A DNA stretch of 64,000 bases from Rhizophagus irregularis (lineage: Eukaryota). Both the position numbers and the translations under genes were made by a program. The notes under the pieces were generated by a model, which saw only the letters and a program-made list of their open reading frames with translations, had not been told where the DNA came from and did no database searches. Location of the stretch: contig NC_089429.1 of the NCBI RefSeq assembly GCF_026210795.1, positions 3,658,001-3,722,000 on the forward strand, written 5' to 3'. Position 1 is the stretch's first letter, and each line of letters opens with the position of its first letter. This document shows, piece by piece, positions 25,626-37,433 of the stretch.

Positions 25626-26094
25626 AGTATCTGTTAATAATAATGTTTAACAACAACATAAAATAAATTCATTCAGTGTTGTCATGGGACAATGTTTGGG
25701 ATATGTTACACAAAAAAGAAATGATAACCCCTTGAAATTTTTCTATAATAACCTTGTTCAATACTTAGCAAAAATGTTTAGCATCCAATTATGCATAAAT
25801 ATATATAATTTTTGTAATTACAGAAGAGTACAGACAGAATGTGAACATGTTCAGAACAACCAAAAAAAGCTGCAGACATCAAAAATATACAACACTGAAT
25901 TCACTGATAAATAGTATACCTAATTTAAGGTGGCCTATTCTTCATTCTACCAGTATGATGAACACCAAGTATCATAACCATTAATTCAAATAATACAAAC
26001 TCAAGTCTATCGTTCAAGATGCTGTTGGTGATGTATCATGGTATATGCATTCCTTATGTTTAGATTTCTGTTAAAGTATTATATTTAATGTACA

Positions 26095-26448
26095 CTAGTG
26101 TTCACCTGTTGTCTACGACAACAGTTAATATGTAATTCCGGCCAGAATTAAAAGATCTGCAAAGAATTTCCTTTTTTGGAAATTTGAGCAACACAATTTT
26201 TTAATTTCTCTGAAAAGTAACAGAAGACAAAATTTCCTTTTTTGGAAATTTGCGTAACCGACAATTTCCTTTTATGGAATCCGGTGTAACCCAAAGTTTC
26301 AGTTTTTTGCCAGAAATAAAATTTCCTTTTTTGGACTTGTGTAACATTGGCGACGAATAGGAGTAGGGTTACACAATTCAAATGACTTATTTATATGGTT
26401 AATCTAAACATAACGCCCACGTGATTGCAGTGTTTTTAAATATATAGA
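26095..26448 (-). mobile_element. Non-autonomous Helitron
   Basis: Minus strand starts TC, ends CTAG, inserted between A and T without a TSD; subterminal hairpin CTGTTGTC-n3-GACAACAG; internal ~40-bp repeats. Confidence 0.82.
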
Positions 26449-27529
26449 TGTTTGATGATTATAGAACAATATTGGATTCTTCTTTCATTGATTCTAATAC
26501 TGTTGCTTCTAATATGATGAATCGACTCAATCATTTTCCAATAATAAGCAATTCTCCAATTTTATTATTTAATAGTTTTGTGTAAAAAACTTATGAGATA
26601 CAGCAAAGGTCAGGTACTATTGGTGTTTGACTACAAAAAAAATAAAAAATGAATGTTAATGAAACGTTCGTTAAAATAAAAAAATTTCATTTTGAAAGTT
26701 ATTACCTTTGAAATATTTGAAATAAGACAGTATCTAAAAAATAAAAGAATAACAAATGTTAAAACATTTATTAAAAGAAAGTAAAAAAAAAGAACTTTGA
26801 AGTATTACATTTGAAGTTCTTTCAAATGGGAGCCTGTGACTTAAAAAATAGGAGAAATGAACAATAGTGAAGTATTCGTTAAAAGAAGAAACTTAATTTC
26901 GAGGTATTACCTTTGAAGTTCTTTTAAATAGGAATCCAGAACTCCAAGGGAGCTGTCCTTTAAAATAAACAGAAGTAAAGAATGTTAGTAAACGTTCTTA
27001 ATGTTAGTTAATATTTTTCACACGAATCTTGCCATTTTTGCCCATAAGACTTCATAAGACTTTGAAAGTCAAAAAAAACTTTTTTTAACAAAAATCCTAA
27101 GAAAATTCAAAGTTAGGTGAATTTACTAATTTTATTCGTCGACTTCGAAGCTTGAAAAAAATAGTAATCTTTGAGTATTTTTTTAAAAAAAAACTGTGAT
27201 AGAAATAATTGTCTTTAAAAAGTGTTATAAATTATTTCTTTAAAGTCTTGTAAAAAATTGTTTCTTTAAAAAAGTTTAAATTTGGTTAAAATTAATTAAC
27301 TCGAGTCAATGCAAAGTTTATCAAATAAAAAAAGAAAAATGTGAAGATCTCCAAATATTTTTGTGCGAAGTGTTTTAAAAATATGTGATTTTGGAGATTA
27401 TCACAGATTTGTTTATAAAATATCTTTGAAAAAAATAAAAAGATGAATTCTGCAGTATTGCGCAGATTTTTACTAAAAATTGCAGATTATTGCAATTCTA
27501 CATCCTAAAAAGTTTACTGATGACAATTA

Positions 27530-30095
27530 CACTTCTAAAACTAAGATTATCTAACCATTCTTTTGAATTTATATTATGATACTCCTAGTTTTCTAAACAT
27601 TAACCTTATTTTTGCTAATATAATAAGCTGTCAATACCGTCTAAGGCCTTATCTATGTTCTTGATTTCCTTAGTCACTTTTTGCTTCTTACTCAACTGAG
27701 TGTTAGTATTAATTGTTCGATTCTTGAAGTTGCCTTTTTGATTCATCTTCTGAGGGCATCTACTTCTTTGTTTCAAGTTAGAGGTAAAGTACTTCATCTA
27801 ATCAGTAAATTCGTTCAAACTAAATGGCTTACCAATGATCTTTTTCAAATCAGCCCATGATTCGTAGTAAGTTATTAATTTACAGATACCCTGATCTTGA
27901 ATTAATTAAAATGCTTTACACCTAAAGGTATAACAATAGAATGAGCAGAATTATCCAGATATAAAGTAGCTGTAATTACTGAAGCAAGAACTCCTTTAAA
28001 CATAGCCTGAAATCATTCTCATTTTTTTCTTTGTTTGAGATAATCTCTTAATTAATTTGAATTTAATTGATACTGTAATAGTAACGTATTTAAAACTTGC
28101 TTTTATTTACCTTTGGGCGTAAAAAAAGTGGTTTTTGCTGAGAGGATACTAATTGGTTCCTTTTGTTGTACTGTAGCTTTTGATTGGTGTTTAGATGTTT
28201 TAAGCACTTTTAAAATTTCTATATCCATCAGTTAATTTTCTAAAGATTTGAATATGTCTGGCATTTGTTGTTAGTGCTCCTAACAGATCAGTTCAGACTG
28301 GATTCAGCTTAAATCTAATCTGATCTGATTTTTATTTTAATAGATCTGATCTGATCCGAATCTGATCAGATCTGGTTCAATTTGATCTGAATCTGGTTTG
28401 GATCCATTTGAATCTGATTTGAATCTGATCTGAATCTAGTTTGGATCTGGTCCTTGTCCTAAAAAAAGGAAGGAAACGTTAATTACGTTCCTCAAGTAAA
28501 AAGAAAAAAAAACAAAAAAAAGAAACGAACTTACCATAGTTCGTTCTTTTTTTTGAATCCTAGTCGTTCAGCTTCATCTCACGTCCAGGTTTCCTAAAAA
28601 AAAAAAGAAAGGGAACGTTAATTACGTTCCCTTAAGTAAAAATAAAAAAATAAAAAAAAGAAACGAACTTACTATAGTTCGTTCTTTTTTTTAAATCCTG
28701 GTCGTTCAGCTTCGTCTCATGTCCAGATTTCCTAAAAAAAAGAAAGGGAACGTTAATTAGTATGTTCCCCTTAAGTAAAAATAAAAAAAAATAAAAAAAA
28801 AAATGAACTTACCATAGTTCGTTCTTTTTTTTGAATTTTGGTCGTTCAGCTTCGTCTTACGTTCAGGTTTCCTAAAAAAAAGAAAGAGAACATTAATTAG
28901 TACGTTCCCTTAAGTAAAAATAAAAAAAAATAAAAAAAAGAAACGAACTTACCATAGTTCGTTCTTTTTTTTAAATCCTGGTTGTTTAGCTTCGCCTCAC
29001 GTTCAGGTTTCCTAAAAAAAAGAAAGGGAATGTTAATTACATTCCCTTAAGTAAAAATAAAAAAAAAAACAAAAAAAGAAATGAACTTACCATAGTTCGT
29101 TTTTTTTTTTAAATCCTGGTCATTCAGCTTCATCTCACATCCAGGTTTCCTAAAAAAAAAGAAAGGAAATGTTAATTACGTTCCCTTAAGTAAAAAAAAT
29201 AAAATAAAATAAAAGAAATGAACTTACCATAGTTCGTTCTCTTAAATCCTGGTTGTTCCTTTGTCTCACGTTCAGGTTTCCTAAAAAAAAAAGAAAGGGA
29301 ACGTTAATTACATTCCCTTAAGTAAAAAAAATAAAATAAAATAAAAGAAATGAACTTACCATAGTTTGTTCTTTTTTTTAAATCCTGGTCGTGTCGTTAG
29401 GTTTCGTTCATCTAGGCTTTCTACTAAAAAAGAAGGGAACTGTTAATTATGTTCTCTCAAGAAAAAAACAAAAAAAAAAAATGAACTTACCTAGTTTGTT
29501 CTTTTAAATCTTGGTCGTCTAGCTTCGTCTGTTCGTCCAGAAAAAGTTTTTTAAAAAAAAATTTTTTTTTTTTATTTAAAAAAAAATTTGATCCAAATCT
29601 GTTCAGATCAGATCAGATTTTCTTGTGTTATGATCTGATCTGATCTACAGATTAAAATTTTGAAAACCGAACCAGATCTGACTCAGATCAACAGATCAGA
29701 TCAGATTTTTTTTGGGGTACTATTTATTGTAGTAACGTCATCTGTTGTTTCATGAACTCTTTGCAAACACTTTCCATTCCTTTAATTACACTAACTTAAA
29801 TAAAGTCAAAAGACTTGTAAAAAAGAAAGAGTAAGTGATATAAAGACTGTAAGTCACCGATACTAAAAGTTGCAAGAGCCTCATGATATTTCATAAGTAA
29901 TTTCATATACAGTTCTTCATCTTCAGTAAGTTTTTCAACGGTTTGAAAAATATTTTCATTTGTTAAACTGAAAGAAAAATATTTCTTAGAATATGGCTAA
30001 CCGATTCAAAGTAGAAAGTTCTGTCCACAGCTGTATCAAAGTCATTACCCTCAAAAAGGGTTTTAGAAATGTTTTAATTCGATAAAGAAGCCATA
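27530..30095 (-). pseudogene. Decayed ORF resembling ORF1 of fungal non-LTR retrotransposons, split by the hAT element at 28272-29722
   Basis: Fragments such as FKGVLASVITATLYLDNSAHS..GVK and KLITYYESWADLKKI; multiple stops; family assignment from recall only. Confidence 0.35.
28272..29722 (-). mobile_element. Second, inverted copy of the hAT element at 3948-5261, with 8 exon/intron-like units
   Basis: Reverse-complement identity to 3948-5261; TIR TAGTGCTC/GGGTACTA; TSD TTTGTTGT/TTTATTGT. Confidence 0.9.
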
Positions 30096-30377
30096 GTTTC
30101 AGAAAATTTTCCTTTAAAATTTCTATAGAAAAAAATAGTTTATGCGATCGGTAGAAAAAGTCTTCTTCTTATTTTATTTATATTAAACTTTTAGTTTTTT
30201 GGATTTTTAAATGTATTTGTACAATGAGTAATTTCAATTGCATCATCATAAGATTATTTTAAAAAACCTGTTTTTTTAAATAATGATTTATTAATTTTTT
30301 TATTTATTTTCAAATTGTAATTTGATCTATAAATTATTATAACATGTTCTTCTTTGATTTCTCAATAATTATTTTAA

Positions 30378-30717
30378 GGATAAATCTAATTGTAACAGCC
30401 TGTTACGCATCTTATTTGTAACAACTTCCAATTTTATCCAATTAAAATTTAAGATCAGGCGTAATGTAAACAAAAACAAAAGATCAGTTGTGTAACTAAG
30501 ACAAAAGAATTTTTTAAAAAATTTCAAGAAACTGCTTATAACTTAAAATTTTGTCTATGAAACTGTTTTAAATACATTAAGTAAAAGTTTTCCAAATTAA
30601 ATTTTGCATATAAAAATTTTATTTGTGAAATACATATTAAATTTATTATTAAAAAAAAAATAAAAAAAGGATGTTACAAATAAGATATGTAACAGGCTGT
30701 TATAAATACATTTTTTC
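30378..30717. mobile_element. Mutator-type MITE related to the MULE at 10508-15543
   Basis: TIR GGATAAAT..TTGTAACAGCCTGTTAC; 9-bp TSD TTATTTTAA. Confidence 0.85.
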
Positions 30718-30877
30718 TTATTTTAAAATAAAAAAAAGTTTGGCAAGATCAGTATATTACAAATAAATTTTATATTATAAATAATCTATTGGTAACTTTT
30801 ATTATTTTATGAACACATGACTAATAAATTTCTTTTTTAATTAACATAGTTGTAAACTATAAAATTTTTAATATATA

Positions 30878-31375
30878 CAGTCAGAACTCGATATAACGAA
30901 CCCTCCGGTTAGGCAATTTTGGATCGTTATATCAGATATTCGATAAATCAAATATTCTTAATATACCGATTATATAGTAAAAAATATAAAAATTCGGTAT
31001 ACCGAATTTTTATTAATAAAAAAAATGATTTTAATTGTATTACATGCTGTGCTAATTTGTTTATTATTAATATCATATTCTTACAGAAATTATTAAATTC
31101 CAAAATTAAGGCATAAATGTCAGGTGATCTGCTGCGCTGCATAGTGCCAGCCGGGAATAAGTTAATTCTGACCGGAGTTAGGTGGTAATCGGCTTATCGC
31201 GAATAAATACATATGACTGGTTTATGATCAGACTTCGTTATATATAATATCGTGAAATTTATAATAAAATCGGTATATAGTGATAAAATTTAATATAGAC
31301 AGTTTTGGTTTGAGAAAAAAGTTCGTTATAGGCTAAAATCGGTTTATCACGAATCGTTATATCGAGTTCTGACTG
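30878..31375. mobile_element. Tc1/pogo (Tigger-like) MITE
   Basis: TIR CAGTCAGAACTCGATATAACGA; TA TSD. Confidence 0.9.
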
Positions 31376-31615
31376 TATTCTGTATTATCTATATTATTAT
31401 ATATTAAAATTTCAAGTATTATTAATATATATATTTTGAGTAATTAATAAAGTATGAATTTCATTACTTTTGTCTAAATAGTATATATATATATATATTT
31501 TTTATTTATATATATATTTTCTTTTTTTTTGTCAATAGAAATAAATAGAAAAATAAATAACATCAAATTTTCCAATAGACTATTTCAAATAAAATTAGGT
31601 TGTTAAAGAATATTA

Positions 31616-31987
31616 CTTTACAGAAACTTAACATCTTTAATCAATATAGAATTGATATCGTTAAGTTTATCTTAACGGTATTATTTTGACATTATTTTGA
31701 TATTGATTCAATATTAATTTAATATTAATGTAATATCAAAATAAAGTATTATCATTTTGATATTATATTAATATTGAATCAATATTAAATTAATATCGAA
31801 ATGATATCTGAAATAACATTGAAATGACATTTTTAAGTTAAACTTAAATATATTGTTTCGATGTTATTTCAATTATCATTTTAATATCATTTTGATACTA
31901 TTTCAATATCATTTTGATATTAAAATAATAATATTTTATTTTTAATATTAAAATAATATTGTTTGAAAATTTGAAGTTTCTGTAAAG
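31616..31987. mobile_element. Degenerate TIR MITE
   Basis: CTTTACAGAAACTT/AAGTTTCTGTAAAG ends; interrupts a repeat module; TSD not clean. Confidence 0.55.
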
Positions 31988-33975
31988 ACAATAATATTCA
32001 TCAAAATAAACTATTTTTACAGTTTGTATTTTTTTTCTTTTATCAATATTCCAATTAATTCTTTTCAATTATTTGATAATCATGTTCTTAAACATCTTTA
32101 ATAATATTTTAACTTAAATTCAGTTAAATTTTGTATCATATTTATCAGTAAATTTACTTTTAATTTTAGATCTAAATGCATTTTTTATTTATACAATTTG
32201 TCTATATTTTTTATGTAGAATGCTGTAAAATCTGAATTTAATTATTTCATTTATCATTAGATTTGTTGCATTTTTTTTTTAATTTAATTCTATTAAAATA
32301 TTTATTATTATGAATCGTAGTAATACCATTATTTGTACTTATTCTATTTATATTAAACAAATAGTAGTAGTTGTTAAATAATTTTATTTTAATTATCTGT
32401 AACTTATTTTTAGAATGAAAAAATCAAATTTTTACAGCAGTTGGTAAAACTAATCCTTATAATATATTAACAGGAATTGACCAGAAAGAGATTATTTCAC
32501 TGCTTCTCTGATGTATATATTATGATCTGTTACTTTGTCAATTATAACAGAAAAATCATGGTTATGAAATTACTGCAAAATATAAAAAAAATATTTATTT
32601 TAATTATATTAAAGAATCAATTATATTCTCAGAAAAAGTATACATAGATGATAGTCATGATATTATATTATTGGCAAAAGATCAAATTTAACTTAAAACA
32701 ATACTAAAAATTGCAAACAAATTTTATAATTTGAATGATATTAAAATTAACAAAGATAAATCTGAATTATTATTGAAAAAATTAAATAAATCATATAATT
32801 ATTCAAATAATTATTTAAATCTGAATATATTAATATTAAATCTAAATGTTCTAGTGAATCTATTAGAATATTGGGGTTTGGTTTAACTTCAATGATATTA
32901 AAAAATTCAGTTTTCAACAAGCTAAATCAAAATTAAAAAATTGGTTAAATAAAAGGATTACAGACAAATAATTACAGTATGTGTTTAATACTTTTGTCAT
33001 CTCTACAATTGAATACCGTGTTTAAATAACAATTTTTAGTGAACAAAAATGTAATAGGATTACGTTATCATTCAGATATGCATTTAAAAAAAAATTAAAA
33101 TTATCTTAATATACACGCACTAATAGCTATAATTAATCATAATTTGATATATAATATAAAGAATGTAGCAAATAATCAATTACAGGCAAAAGGCACAAAT
33201 TTCTTAATACAGTTATTAAATGATAAAGGATTATTAGGAAAATTACAATGCTTAAAATTAAATAATTGCAACAGAGATTTTGAATAGAAGATAATATAGT
33301 ATCAGATTTTTTGTTTAAGAATGATTATTATTTTATAAAAGAAATTATTCTAATTGGATTTTAGAAAATATTAAGATATTAAAAAATATTAACATAAAAA
33401 TTTTGATAAATAGTACGATAAATATAGAACATTATAAAATAACTGGTGATAATGTACCAGTAAGAAAAATAATAGGAGCTGAAAAATTTTTTAAGAATAT
33501 TTATAGATTCAAAAAAGATGGAATTATGTCTTTAGATCAATTAATTGGAATATCTAATTAATTGGTATACTTTAAACTTTAAGGAAGATAATCATAATTA
33601 TTGTAAACTAAAAAATTGGTATAAAGAAATACAAAAAATTGTTACTGTTGATAGCAAAATCTTTAAACCAGAATATAGAATGTTGACAGTTCCTTATTTT
33701 AAAGGATATAATATGACTTATTGTGAAATAAATAACAATAATATTTCTAAAATATTAACATTTATTGGAATTTAAAATAATAAGAGAAATGATGTTGAAA
33801 TAGGGGTTTTAGTTAAAAAATCTGGCATTGATGATCAATAAAATTTGTTATTAGGTCATTTAAATGTAATTTATAATGTTAATATTAAAGCATCAAATAT
33901 TCATTTAAGAAAATATTCTGGATGTGATTTAGATAATTTTGAAAAATCATATGGTAAAGATGGATACTGACATAC

Positions 33976-35035
33976 TGTTACGCAGTAAAATGTTGCGCAG
34001 CAATCATGTGATATAACTGGACCTGTGATGCTGATCAATGTAGCAAATGTTGAATATGTTTGATATGTTCGATATGTTGCATATGTCCGATATATAGAAT
34101 ATATAGAATATGTAGTATATATGGAATATATAGAACATATAGCATATATAGGATATATAGCATATGTAACATATGTTAAACATTTTTAGTTTGGAAATTT
34201 ATGTATACACAGTGAAATTCGATAAACCGGATCTATCGGTTCCACTAAAAATATCCGGTTTATCGGGATATCTGGTTTAGCGAAAAAATTTTGATATATT
34301 GAAAATCTATTATATTGAATTTTTAAAAAATTTTCATGCTAATAAAACTAATATACACTATAATTTGATTTTTTCATCTAGTTTTAAGTCATAGAGGTCA
34401 TGAAAATGAATATAAAATATTTTAAAAGTAATACATAACTTCAGCCGGAATTAAGATTTTTATAATTCTGGCCAAATTTAGGATTTACCGCATCACGTCA
34501 CTTAAATTTTATTGGTTCCCAGTCACGTTATCCGGTTTATCGAATCATTTTTACTATAGCTGGTTAGAAAATTGATCCGTTATAGCGAATATCGAGCTTT
34601 TACTAGTAAACTCCGGTATATCGAACCTATTTTAATATACGTGATTTGGTTCCAGCAAAAAAGTCTAGTTTAGGCGCAAATCCGGTTTATCGAAGATCCG
34701 GTTTATCGAATTTCACTGTGTATATAGACCTGTAATTAGACCTGTAATTAAAGAATTCAATATAAGAATGTATGTGAAGAATTTAATTAATAAAATGTTT
34801 ACCCTTTAATATACACCTTAATTTTAAGTTTGGTTTTATATGGTTAATCTGCCTTCCCTTATTTATGTTTGATTGTATGCGCCAGTATGAAGCGATACTC
34901 TATTCACATCTGATTGGATTGATTTTAACATATACGTTGATCCTTAAAATTACCTTCTGCTTTATTAAATATAAACATTTTTTAATGTATAGCTTATTTT
35001 TAAGCTTATAAGAACTGACCTCTAAGGCTCTAACA
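33976..35035. mobile_element. Probable solo LTR inserted in the LINE relic
   Basis: TGTTA...TAACA ends; 4-bp TSD ATAC; internal 9-bp tandem repeats at ~34050-34180. Confidence 0.65.
34208..34720. mobile_element. Tc1/pogo-type MITE nested in the solo LTR
   Basis: TIR CACAGTGAAATTCGATAAACCGGATCT; TA TSD. Confidence 0.9.
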
Positions 35036-36929
35036 ATACAATTGTAATATTTTAGTTAACACCGATGATTGTTTAATTATTGGAAGTCAATCTCATAATT
35101 CATATAATTAATTGACATTTAACAATAGTAATTTAAAAGTGTACACAAATAAATTTATTGGATGTTAAAGATTTTAGTTACAATGACTTTTTGTTAGAAA
35201 TAACTGGAAAAAGTACAAAACAATAATTAGTCAACTTATAATATCAATTGATCAATCATATAAAATAAATAATAATCTAATTATAAAATTGTTGGATTTT
35301 TCATCCAATCAAAATCAACTAATAAAAATTCATTTACTTGAAAATTCAATTAAAAAATTCAAGATTTATACTGATGGTTCAGTTTATGATTTTAGAAAAC
35401 AACAATGTATAATGTCTTTTAGATTTATTATATATTGTTAAAGATAATGTGATTTTACATAGTTTTCGTTCAGAAATTTCTTACTTTTCATCATCAAATA
35501 AAGTAGAGTTGTTAGCAGTCATTTCAGCGTTAATTGTTTTACCATCTAATAGTGAGATCACTATTTATACTGACTTGAATAATGTTTAATATTACAGGAT
35601 ATTACGATATTATAGATAGAAATAATTTTAATATTTTGCCAAGAAAATTCTTTAAAATTAGAACATCTAATATTTATTAGAATATTCTTTGAGAAATTAT
35701 TGTTACAAATACTTTTACTTTAGATTTTGTTAAAGTTAAGGGACATAGTAATGATTACTTTAATAATTATGTTAATGAGTTTATTACTTATACTGATAAA
35801 ACTTCAAATTTAATTTTTAAAAATAATAATTTAAATAATTTAGTTTATATTTCATGATGGAATAATAATACTGTAGAGTGTAATTTACATCAATTTTTAA
35901 TATTACAAAATTGGGAAAAGTTTTTAAATCTAAATCAAAATGGCTATTATTGATGATGAGCTTATTGATAAAATGACTTTTTGGGATCATGATTATAGTA
36001 AATCAAAGTTCACTTTCATTGATTTAATTAAAGGTATAGTTCCTTGTGAATTGTTGGCATATACTTCATTGATATTTGAAAATTGAAATATACAAGAAAA
36101 ATTTTTAGTTTTACTACAAAATTTATTTTTGAAAAAAGTTGGGGCTTTTGCATTGATAGATGTTCAAAACAAAAAGAAAAAGAGAAAAGATTAAAAATTA
36201 GTAATCTTAAAAAAGTTAAAGAAAATTATAACAAAAATGAATATATAAATCCTAATAGGAAAATTAATGTTTTTAACCTTTATAGTGATTTAAAAAGTTT
36301 ATGGTTGAATATTTATCTTGGAATGAATGTACAGGGTTTATAGTTTTAGAACTACACTTTCTATTCTATTTTTATTTTTAGGGAGGATAGCAGTTGAACA
36401 GTGTTCAGTGGTTCTAAGGAGATGAAATAAAAAATTAATTTTATCCTAAGAGTCAGGTTTTTAGAACGAGGTTGATAAAACGTCTTAAGTGTATATTACT
36501 ATAGTAGGTCTCAAATCCAGGTTATAACTAATATAGAAACTAGTTGGTTAGTATTCGATAGTTTAGAATCAGGTACCTGCAGCTATTACTATAAAATTTT
36601 GTATATTTGTATTGTGCTTTACAAATTTAATCGCTAATAAAAAATAAAAAATAAAAATGATATATATAAAATCTGGAGATAATACGCATCTCGTGTTTTT
36701 TACATACCCAACTTTCTTTTTAAAGTCAAAAAGTAAAGAATACATTACACATTTATTTTCACAAGCAAAATTGTAAAAAATTTACATTTTGGTTCATTTT
36801 ATAACTAATGACATTACAACGCTAGGAATGATCAGTATTTATGATTTAACATTACAGCACATGCTGTAACCGTAAAAATAATTCTGATGGCACAATATTA
36901 CAAATCATTTTATCACAATCAGTTCAAGT

Positions 36930-37106
36930 TATACATGCTGCCCAAATTATTTTGGAATGCCATAATTATAATTTGGGATGTCATAATTCATTCGGTTTAT
37001 ATATAATTTACTATGTAAAGTGCCAAAATAATTTGGGATGCCATAATTGAATTTGGGATTTTACTTATAATTACGGCAGTCCAAAATAATTTGGATGGCA
37101 TGTATA
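36930..37106. mobile_element. 177-bp hAT-type MITE, copy 2
   Basis: Matches 7703-7879; TSD GTTCAAGT/GTTCAGGT. Confidence 0.9.
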
Positions 37107-37433
37107 GTTCAGGTAAGATGCATCTATAATATTAATCAAAGTGTTCATAACAGATTATAATTGGTAATATAACAGTCGAACTGTACAGTAAAGTAATTGA
37201 TTCTTTTGAAAGTGAAAACAATGATATAAAAATTTAGCTTCCATAACTATGAAAGAAATTCTTCGAAATAGTGAATTGTCAAACATTAAAAAGAGCCACT
37301 AATTTTTATTAGAATAAGCCTTGAATCATTTGATTGATGTTAATAAATATTGGAAAAATACAAAAGATATATATCTTTTGATAAAGCGAAAACAATATCT
37401 TTTGATTAAATCTCATCTCAATTATATAGTTAT

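Larger units (their letters stand above)
22440..27522. mobile_element. 5.1-kb non-autonomous TIR element with CAT...ATG ends and 2-bp TSD (CACTA/CMC-like), carrying a long micro-exon/intron array
   Basis: TIR CAT(T/C)(G/A)GTAAA.TTTTTAGGAT; TSD AC (22438-39, 27523-24); subterminal ATCTGCA repeats. Confidence 0.8.
32360..36657 (+). mobile_element. 5'-truncated, decayed non-LTR retrotransposon (RT + RNase H)
   Basis: RT YIDD (~32640), FYNLNDIKINKDKSELL, IRILGVW; RNase H IYTDGS (~35365), SSNKVELLAVISAL, VKVKGHS; A-rich tail at 36636-36657. Confidence 0.8.
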
